Shown: positions 33,897-40,897 of the stretch, in pieces
Layout of the letters: every line of letters begins with the position of its first letter
Position numbering within the stretch: the first letter of the stretch is position 1
From: Bacteroidota bacterium
GTDB lineage: Bacteria; Bacteroidota; Bacteroidia; Bacteroidales; B39-G9
Reading direction: 5' to 3'
NCBI GenBank assembly: GCA_030592465.1
Contig: JAUVJB010000002.1
Coordinates: 1 to 40,897, forward strand
DNA length: 40,897 nucleotides
Position numbers and translations under genes: made by a program
The notes under the pieces: generated by a model
The model's input: the letters and a program-made list of their open reading frames with translations, nothing else
What the model was told of the DNA's origin: nothing
The model's database searches: none

Positions 33897-35009
33897 TTAA
33901 TTACATAAGGTATAATATTTACCAGGCAAACTTTTAACAACGCCTGAAAATTCTAAATTTAACAACATTGCCGAAACTTTACTCATTGGCAAATGGATGT
34001 TAACACAAATAATATCAATACTTTGCTTGTCGTTATTTTTAAGAAACTCAATAATATTTTTTTCATCATCGGTAAGATTAACAAATAATTTATTTTGAAT
34101 TACTTTTGGTTTTGTTTCATCTACTTCCCAACCCAAAATATATTCAAGGTCTTTAAAACTTTCGATCAATGCGGCGCGGTTTGATTTAATAAATTTATTG
34201 CAACCAACAGAATATTTATCATTAATACGGCCCGGGAAAGCAAAGACATCTCTGTTATATGAATTAGCAATATCTGCAGTTATTAAAGCTCCACCCTTTT
34301 CTGCGGATTCCACAACAATTGTTGCATCAGACAAACCTGCAATAATTCTGTTTCGCCTCACAAAATTTGATCTGTCAGGTTTTGTGTCAGATAAAAATTC
34401 TGTTACTAAAGCTCCTTGATTAATTATTTCTTTAGCGATTGATGTGTGTGCTGTTGGGTAAATTCTATCTAAACCATGACCGAGAACAGCAGCGGTTTTA
34501 AGATTATTTTTTAATGCTGCTTTATGAGCAGTAATATCAATACCATAAGCTAAGCCACTAACAATTATGGCATTATGACCATTTTCATATAAATCTTTAA
34601 TTAAATCATTACAAATATCTCTCCCTCGCGGCGTTGCATTTCGTGTTCCAACAATGCTTATCACTTTTGATTGATTAAAATCTACATATCCCTTGGCAAA
34701 TAATATTAATGGTGCATCATAACAATTTATCAGACGTTGCGGGTAATCTCTATCTAAATAAAAAAAAGGTTTTATATTATATTGAGAAATAAACTCAATT
34801 TCTTTTTCTGCTCTGTATAGAACTTTCTGATTTATGATATTATTAGCTAAACATGTACCAATATCGGGAATTTTAAGAAGATTTGATTTTTTCTCTTTAA
34901 AAACGCCTTCAACACTACCCACATAAGCAATTAATTTTTTAGCTGTAATAAAACCTATACCCGGGATTAAAGCAATACCGATTTTATACTTTAATAATTC
35001 ATCATTCAT
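33897..35009 (-). CDS. dprA: DNA-processing protein DprA (Smf)
   Basis: DprA Rossmann-like core IVSGLAYGIDITAHKAAL and GGALITADIANSYNRDVFAFPG. Confidence 0.9.
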   Translation of the reverse strand: MNDELLKYKIGIALIPGIGFITAKKLIAYVGSVEGVFKEKKSNLLKIPDIGTCLANNIINQKVLYRAEKEIEFISQYNIKPFFYLDRDYPQRLINCYDAPLILFAKGYVDFNQSKVISIVGTRNATPRGRDICNDLIKDLYENGHNAIIVSGLAYGIDITAHKAALKNNLKTAAVLGHGLDRIYPTAHTSIAKEIINQGALVTEFLSDTKPDRSNFVRRNRIIAGLSDATIVVESAEKGGALITADIANSYNRDVFAFPGRINDKYSVGCNKFIKSNRAALIESFKDLEYILGWEVDETKPKVIQNKLFVNLTDDEKNIIEFLKNNDKQSIDIICVNIHLPMSKVSAMLLNLEFSGVVKSLPGKYYTLCN

Positions 35010-35029
35010 ATCAATAAAATACTAAAATA

Positions 35030-35497
35030 TTATTTTTTATTATGTAATAAAACGGCATTTAATGATTTTGTTATTGTTTCAATATCTTTTTGATTTAATA
35101 AACTAATACTTATTGGCGGATACTTAGCAATGCCTCCTTTAAATTTTTGATATAAGGTTATCTCTTTTTTAAGTTCGAAAAATGATTTTTTAATATTAAA
35201 CTTCATAAATGATGCTTGCGGTATTTCTATTGTTTTGTTTAAACTAATAATGAGACTTAGTGAGGAATATCTAAAAATTATTTTATCATCATCAATATCA
35301 AAAAAAATATAATAAAATTTTAAATGTGTTAAAATTATAAATACTATTGTAAAAAAAAGTGTTAGAATTATTATAAATGTATATCCTTGTATAAAATCAA
35401 CTAATAATGAGACAACAAGTAATACTAAATAAATAAAAAGGGTTGTCATATAGTAAAGTTTGATTTTTGCTGCTTTGTCTTTATTTTCTAATAACAT
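35030..35497 (-). CDS. Hypothetical membrane protein (two TM helices plus a small soluble domain)
   Basis: 155-aa ATG ORF with two long hydrophobic helices followed by a lysine-rich soluble segment. I recognise no family. Confidence 0.5.
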   Translation of the reverse strand: MLLENKDKAAKIKLYYMTTLFIYLVLLVVSLLVDFIQGYTFIIILTLFFTIVFIILTHLKFYYIFFDIDDDKIIFRYSSLSLIISLNKTIEIPQASFMKFNIKKSFFELKKEITLYQKFKGGIAKYPPISISLLNQKDIETITKSLNAVLLHNKK

Positions 35498-35572
35498 AAT
35501 TTGTGATTTTTGATATATAACTCTGATTTTTTTTTAATTTTATATTTTATTTTTTCAAATGTAATATAAAAA

Positions 35573-36634
35573 ATGCAATTAATGTTTAATTCAAATAACA
35601 TTATAACAGACAAACTGAAATTTAATTTAAAAAAAATTTCAAACAATTATTATAAAAATAAAATTTTTATTCTTGTTGATGACAATAGTTACAAATTTTG
35701 TTTCCCAATCATAAGTAAAATTATAGCATTAAACACAAAAAATATTATAAAAATTAAAAACGGTGAAGAAAATAAAAATATTGACACAATTGTTTCAATA
35801 TGGAATTTTTTAAGTCAAAACAGTGCTGACAGGTATTCGCTGTTAATAAACTTAGGCGGTGGCGTTGTTTGCGATATGGGCGGCTTTGCTGCTTCTACAT
35901 TTAAACGGGGAATCAATTTTATAAATATACCTACAACTTTGCTTTCACAAGTTGATGCTGCTGTGGGCGGAAAAACAGGCTTTAACTTTAACGGGTTGAA
36001 AAATGAAATCGGAATAATAAATAATGCTAAATATGTTTTTATCGATACAATATTTTTAAACTCTCTCAATAAAAAAAACATCTTATCAGGCTTTGCCGAA
36101 ATGATAAAACATGCTTTGATTTATAACAAAAAACATTACCAAGAACTTATTCATTTAGATTTAGAAAACACCAACAGCAATGAATTTAAAGACGCTATTA
36201 TTAAATCGATAAATATAAAAAAGCACTTTGTTGAGAAAGACCGATTTGAACAAAATATTAGAAAATCGCTTAATTTCGGGCACACTTTTGCTCATGCATT
36301 TGAAAGTTTATCTCTAATAAAAAAACAGCATATAACTCATGGTTACGCAGTTGCTTACGGGATTATTCCCGAATTATATTTGTCATACAAAAAATTGGGT
36401 TTTAATTATGATAAATTAATAAAAATCGCTAATCATATTATTGATGTTTACGGCAAATTCAATATTAATTCAAATGATTCCTCCAAACTCATAAACTTTA
36501 TGAGACACGATAAAAAAAATAAAGACAATAAATTAATGTTTACCCTTTTAAAAGACATTGGAGATGTAAGCATAAACAACTCATGTGAAGATTATGAATT
36601 GATTGAAGCACTGAATTTTTATTCAAAAATATAG
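35573..36634 (+). CDS. aroB: 3-dehydroquinate synthase
   Basis: Signature GGGVVCDMGGFAASTFKRGINFINIPTTLLSQVDAAVGGKTGFN and metal-binding histidines (GHTFAHA). Confidence 0.9.
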   Translation: MQLMFNSNNIITDKLKFNLKKISNNYYKNKIFILVDDNSYKFCFPIISKIIALNTKNIIKIKNGEENKNIDTIVSIWNFLSQNSADRYSLLINLGGGVVCDMGGFAASTFKRGINFINIPTTLLSQVDAAVGGKTGFNFNGLKNEIGIINNAKYVFIDTIFLNSLNKKNILSGFAEMIKHALIYNKKHYQELIHLDLENTNSNEFKDAIIKSINIKKHFVEKDRFEQNIRKSLNFGHTFAHAFESLSLIKKQHITHGYAVAYGIIPELYLSYKKLGFNYDKLIKIANHIIDVYGKFNINSNDSSKLINFMRHDKKNKDNKLMFTLLKDIGDVSINNSCEDYELIEALNFYSKI

Positions 36635-36645
36635 CAAAAAAATTA

Positions 36646-36856
36646 ATGTTTAAAGTTTAAGGTTTAACGGCAATGTCGTTTAGTTAAGAACATATCAGAT
36701 TAGCACCATTCTTTAGGATGGTGGATTAAATCAGTTAATTGTTTTGGAAGTCGGCTTAAAGCCGACTTTTAAAGAATTGCTTTTGAATTCTTAGCACCAT
36801 CCGTTAGCTAACGGATGGTGCTAATCTGATTTTTAAAATTCATCCCTTAACTTAAA
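36646..36856. repeat. Highly structured aroB-aroA spacer with nested inverted repeats and a 34-bp perfect palindrome
   Basis: Perfect palindrome ttagcaccatccgttag|ctaacggatggtgctaa at 36791-36824. The 14-bp inverted repeat atcagattagcacc (36694-36707) pairs with ggtgctaatctgat (36817-36830). Degenerate hairpin at 36704-36723. Hairpin aagtcggc ttaaa gccgactt at 36748-36768. Outer inverted repeat gtttagttaag (36678-36688) / cttaacttaaa (36846-36856). Confidence 0.85.
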
Positions 36857-36896
36857 TGATATTGTGCTTTGGCGGACTTCTAATTAAATATAAATA

Positions 36897-38123
36897 ATGC
36901 AATACAAAATAACCAAAGACAATAAAAATCTTATAGGTGAAATAACCTTACCTGCGTCAAAAAGCATAAGTAACCGACTGTTAATTATTCAAGCATTAAG
37001 TTATTCACATTTCACAATTAAAAACATTTCGAAAAGTGACGATACAAAAATCATTTATTCGGTATTAAACTCAAACACAAACAATTTTGATGTAGATAAT
37101 TCGGGAACTGCAATGAGATTTTTAACTGCATTTTTGTCAAAAATTGTTGGAGAGTGGATACTTACCGGTAGCGACCGAATGAAAAAACGACCTATTGGTA
37201 AATTAGTTGATGCTTTACGTGAACTGGGAGCAAATATAGAATATATTGAAGATGAGGGCTTTCCGCCGTTAGAAATTTTAGGCTCCAACCTTACAGGCAA
37301 AACCATTGAGATTAATGCAAACATAAGTAGTCAGTTTATTTCAGCTTTGCTTCTTATCGCACCAACTTTAAAAAACGGTTTAACCATTAAACTAAAAGGC
37401 AAAATTGTTTCAAAACCATATATTGACTTAACTTTAAATATTTTAAAATATTTTGGCATTAACTCTTCTTTTATCAATAACGCTATTAAAATTAACAATC
37501 AAAAATTTATACCAAAGGAATTTTTTGTTGAAGCAGATTGGAGCGCTGCTTCGTATTGGTATGAGATGGCTGCTTTTGCAGATAATGTTGATTTAAAACT
37601 TTTTGGCTTAAGTAAAGACAGTCTTCAAGGTGATGCTGTTGTTGCAAAGATATTTGAAGATTTCGGCGTTAAAACAACTTTTTTCAACAATGGTATTCAT
37701 CTGACAAAAAAAGAAAGTAATATTAAAGAATTCAATATTGACTTAACAAATTATCCTGACCTTGCTCAAACTTTAGTTGTAACTTGTGCGTTTTTGGAAA
37801 TTCCTTTTAAAATTAGCGGTTTAGCAAACTTAAAAATAAAAGAAACAAACAGAATTAAAGCTTTAATAAACGAACTTTCAAAATTTAATATAAATTTGAA
37901 TGAGACAAGCGAAGGAGTTTTAGAATGTAATAATTTTCAACCCAACAATATTGAAGAATATTTTATCAACACCTGTAACGACCATAGAATGGCTTTAAGT
38001 TTTTTGCCAATTTCAATTCTTAACAAAAAAATTATTATTGATAATATTAATGTAATAAATAAATCGTATCCTGCTTTTTACGACGATTTAGGGAAAGTCG
38101 GGTTTGAGGTTAGAGAGGGATGA
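36897..38123 (+). CDS. aroA: 3-phosphoshikimate 1-carboxyvinyltransferase (EPSP synthase)
   Basis: Motifs LPASKSISNRLLII, NSGTAMRFLTAF and RMKKRPIG. Confidence 0.9.
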   Translation: MQYKITKDNKNLIGEITLPASKSISNRLLIIQALSYSHFTIKNISKSDDTKIIYSVLNSNTNNFDVDNSGTAMRFLTAFLSKIVGEWILTGSDRMKKRPIGKLVDALRELGANIEYIEDEGFPPLEILGSNLTGKTIEINANISSQFISALLLIAPTLKNGLTIKLKGKIVSKPYIDLTLNILKYFGINSSFINNAIKINNQKFIPKEFFVEADWSAASYWYEMAAFADNVDLKLFGLSKDSLQGDAVVAKIFEDFGVKTTFFNNGIHLTKKESNIKEFNIDLTNYPDLAQTLVVTCAFLEIPFKISGLANLKIKETNRIKALINELSKFNINLNETSEGVLECNNFQPNNIEEYFINTCNDHRMALSFLPISILNKKIIIDNINVINKSYPAFYDDLGKVGFEVREG

Positions 38124-38258
38124 TTTTGGGGGAATAGTACGGGATGCAACTATCATCTAATAAAAATCAATCCCATTTAACCGACTTATGTTCTTATGTT
38201 AATTTTTGAAAATAAAAAATCTGCCACAAAAAAAATATTTACAGCAGAAAAAATATTA

Positions 38259-39005
38259 TTATTCCTCTTCCAAAGAAGCAGTTAATTCATCAGTAATTTC
38301 AATGTTATGATAAACATTTTGAACATCATCATCTTCTTCAAAAAAATCAACTAAAGCTAATACTTGTTTTGCATCATCTAAACTAAGTTCTTTAGTATTA
38401 TTAGGTATTCGTTGCAATTCGGCACTTTGAGGTTCAATACTCATTTCGTCTAATTTTTTCTGAAGTGTTCCAAAATCTTCTAAAGCAGTAGTAATAACAA
38501 AAACATCGTCTTCAACTTCAAACTCTTCAACACCGGCATCAATAATCTCAAGTTCGAACTCTTCGGGGTCAAGGTCTCCTTTTTCAACAGCAAAAACTCC
38601 CTTTCTGTCAAACAAAAAGCTTAAAGAACCATTTGTTCCAAGACTACCACCTCGTTTTGTAAAAATTGAACGAATGTTACTTACCGTACGTTTATTGTTG
38701 TCTGACAAACATTCAACAAAAATTGCAATTCCATGTGGAGCATATCCTTCAAAAGTAATTTCCTGAAGATTAGCTCCGTCTTTTTCTGCTTTTGAAATTG
38801 CACGCTGAATATTATCTTTAGGCATATTTGCACCTTTTGCATTCGAAAGTGCCATCCTTAATCGAGGATTACTCTCAGGGTCTTGTCCCCCCTCTCTAAC
38901 AGCAATTACAATCTCTTTAACAATACGTGAAAAAATCTTTGAACGCTTTGAATCTATAGCTCCTTTTTTTCTTTTTATGGTTGACCATTTACTATGTCCA
39001 GACAT
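38259..39005 (-). CDS. yebC: YebC/PmpR-family DNA-binding regulator
   Basis: N-terminus MSGHSKWSTIKRKKGAIDSKRSKIF is diagnostic. 248 aa. Confidence 0.95.
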   Translation of the reverse strand: MSGHSKWSTIKRKKGAIDSKRSKIFSRIVKEIVIAVREGGQDPESNPRLRMALSNAKGANMPKDNIQRAISKAEKDGANLQEITFEGYAPHGIAIFVECLSDNNKRTVSNIRSIFTKRGGSLGTNGSLSFLFDRKGVFAVEKGDLDPEEFELEIIDAGVEEFEVEDDVFVITTALEDFGTLQKKLDEMSIEPQSAELQRIPNNTKELSLDDAKQVLALVDFFEEDDDVQNVYHNIEITDELTASLEEE

Positions 39006-39188
39006 ATTATATTTTTTAATTTAACAAAATAATTATGTAAAAATACAAAATTCTTAAATCTTAAAAAAATATTGAACTAATTTTAAAATAATTACAGTTT
39101 GTTATAAAATTTTATAAAACTTATACACTAACTTTACGCCATAATTTTTTAAAAAATATTATCATAAAAAATCAATCAATTACGGAAC

Positions 39189-40529
39189 ATGTCAATAAAA
39201 AATAATAATAAAGATAAATTATATATTGAAACTTACGGCTGTCAAATGAATGTGGCTGACAGCGAGGTTGTTGCAGCAATAATGAAAGAAAACAATTATT
39301 CAATTACAAATAATATTAATGATGCTGATATTATTTTTATTAACACATGTTCAATTCGCGATAATGCAGAGCAACGAATTTGGGGTAGATTGAACGTGTT
39401 TAATCAAATAAAAAAGAAAAAGAAAAATTTGATTATTGGTGTAATTGGCTGTATGGCTGAACGTGTGGGTGAAAATTTTTATAAAAAAAACGTTGTAAAT
39501 CTTGTTGCAGGTCCTGATGCTTATCGCGATATGCCACATCTAATAGATGTAGTGAAAACCGGCGGGAAAGCTACAAATATTGAATTATCTGAAACAGAAA
39601 CTTATGACGGCATTTGTCCTACAAGATTAGACAATAATAAAATATCAGGTTTTGTATCAATATCACGAGGTTGTAATAATTTTTGCACTTATTGTATTGT
39701 GCCATATACCCGTGGAAGAGAAAGAAGCCGCGACCCTGAAGATATTATTTTTGAAATTAAAGATTTAGCAAATAAGGGCTACAAAGAAATAACTCTTTTA
39801 GGTCAAAATGTTAACTCATTTATATGGAATAACGAAAATGAAAATATAAACTTTGCAAAATTACTTGAATTAGTTGCAATAAAATTTCCTGATTTAAGAA
39901 TTCGGTTTACTACTTCTCATCCAAAAGACATGACTGATGAGACACTTAAAACGATTGCGAAATATCATAATATCTGTAATTACATTCATCTGCCTGTTCA
40001 ATCGGGAAGCAGTAAAATTTTAAAACTCATGAACAGAAAATACACTGCAGAATGGTATATGGACAGAATAAAAGCAATAAAAAAATATATACCCAACTGT
40101 GGCATATCAACCGATATTTTCACCGGATTTTGCTCTGAGACAGAAGAAGACCATAATGAGACATTAAAACTTATGAAATGGGCAAAATTTGATTTTGCTT
40201 ATATGTTTAAATATTCGGAACGCCCGGGCACTTATGCTGCCAACAAATTAAAAAATGATGTTACTGAAGAAACTAAACTCAAACGGCTGGAACAAGTTAT
40301 TGAATTGCAAAAACAATTATCGGCAGAGAGTAACAAAAAAGATGTTAATAAAATTTTTGAAGTACTGATTGAGGGCGTTTCAAAAAAATCTGAGCGAGAG
40401 TTATTCGGAAGAACTCAACAATATAAAGTCGTTGTTTTCCCTCGAGAAAATTATAAAATTGGCGATTACGTTAATGTAAAAATTAATAGATGCACATCAG
40501 CTACATTAATTGGCGAAGTTGTTAACTAA
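39189..40529 (+). CDS. miaB: tRNA-i6A37 methylthiotransferase MiaB
   Basis: UPF0004 N-terminal block YIETYGCQMNVADSE, radical-SAM CNNFCTYCIVP, and a C-terminal TRAM-like segment. Confidence 0.9.
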   Translation: MSIKNNNKDKLYIETYGCQMNVADSEVVAAIMKENNYSITNNINDADIIFINTCSIRDNAEQRIWGRLNVFNQIKKKKKNLIIGVIGCMAERVGENFYKKNVVNLVAGPDAYRDMPHLIDVVKTGGKATNIELSETETYDGICPTRLDNNKISGFVSISRGCNNFCTYCIVPYTRGRERSRDPEDIIFEIKDLANKGYKEITLLGQNVNSFIWNNENENINFAKLLELVAIKFPDLRIRFTTSHPKDMTDETLKTIAKYHNICNYIHLPVQSGSSKILKLMNRKYTAEWYMDRIKAIKKYIPNCGISTDIFTGFCSETEEDHNETLKLMKWAKFDFAYMFKYSERPGTYAANKLKNDVTEETKLKRLEQVIELQKQLSAESNKKDVNKIFEVLIEGVSKKSERELFGRTQQYKVVVFPRENYKIGDYVNVKINRCTSATLIGEVVN

Positions 40530-40585
40530 TATACTCTGCTTCGTAATAATTTGAGCTAATTTATATACTATAAAACAATTATAAT

Positions 40586-40897
40586 TTTAAAATATAGCCA
40601 TTAATAGTCATTGATAGTCATTAATTGCCAACCCCGTAGCGAAGCGTAATGACAACAAATGACGGCGAAGTCAAATGACGGTAAAGCCAAATGACAGCAA
40701 AGCTAAATGACAAATTATATTACGCAAAATATAACCTCTCAAAGTATAATTTTAACATATATTGCCATTAATAGTTATTGATAATCATTGATAGTCATAA
40801 ATTGTCAGTAAACAACTAAATGACAATCCCGAAGCTTCAGCGATTTTCTATTGACTATTGATTATTGTCTATTGCTCGCTAACACATTGGTTAATAG
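40586..40897. repeat. Two tandem aatgaca-family elements (C1 to about 40751; C2 from 40749, running off the window)
   Basis: 10-bp-phased tcattRatag words at 40594-40629 and 40759-40800. 16-17-bp tandem caaatgac-N8 x3.5 at 40656-40713. ccccgtagcgaagcgta at 40632-40648. Right-end module at 40711-40751. The C2 start ttttaacatatatt equals 19320-19333. 7-bp ctattga-type tandem at 40849-40876. Confidence 0.85.

Noticed and set aside
38200-38258. Possible terminator hairpin (tctgc...gcaga) between convergent aroA and yebC
   Set aside because: It has only a 5-bp stem and a 19-nt A-rich loop, which is too weak to call, although the region is T/A-run rich and termination probably occurs somewhere here.
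1054-39539. Numerous 60-143-aa ORFs antisense to or nested in the large genes (for example 1054..1356, 3429..3656, 4860..5291, 7370..7678, 16664..16984, 24456..24884, 35815..36081, 37055..37324)
   Set aside because: These are shadow ORFs within clearly homologous genes on the other strand or frame, as expected in AT-rich DNA. Their composition is low-complexity and I recognise no motifs.
1-40897. Search for tRNA, rRNA, tmRNA, RNase P, riboswitches, prophage or integrase genes, restriction-modification, toxin-antitoxin or other defence loci
   Set aside because: I recognised none by eye in any spacer or ORF. Apart from the repeat elements, all sizeable ORFs have ordinary housekeeping assignments. 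A covariance-model scan could still find small RNAs I cannot see manually.

Overview
This is an AT-rich (by eye about 30% GC) Bacteroidota-type chromosomal segment made almost entirely of housekeeping genes. The core is a complete minus-strand dcw cluster: mraZ-rsmH-ftsL-ftsI-murE-mraY-murD-ftsW-murG-murC-ftsQ-ftsA-ftsZ (20935 down to 4667). To its left are a small membrane protein, a CNNM/CorC-type CBS protein, a PpiD-like chaperone and YqeY. To its right are a lipoamino-acid (glycine-lipid type) acyltransferase pair, YfiR/DUF4154, a T9SS-sorted secreted protein, purF, a SPOR protein, a tandem-USP protein, an exbB-x-exbD-exbD operon, ansA, tatD, dprA, aroB, aroA, yebC and miaB. I found no tRNA, rRNA, CRISPR, prophage, or recognisable defence or toxin locus, and the protein-coding content looks ordinary. 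The unusual part is the non-coding DNA. Almost every spacer longer than about 60 bp, including six spacers inside the dcw operon, is assembled from a small shared vocabulary of palindromic modules. These include GC-rich hairpins (tccgccagctggcgga, tccgtcagctgacgga, GTAG-agacgc...gcgtct-CTAC), AT-rich word repeats (ttgttaaattg, aatgaca, cacgaatt) and 8-9 bp terminal inverted repeats. The modules are shuffled into mosaic elements of 150-260 bp. A decayed RAYT-like (REP-associated Y1 transposase) gene remnant sits at the left edge of the window. Two roughly 145-bp nested elements share one architecture but have different outer stems. This REP/BIME/MITE-like network is my best candidate for something undescribed. 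Any function for it (mobile DNA versus RNA punctuation of operons) is inference only and needs genome-wide copy counts, comparative genomics and transcript mapping.
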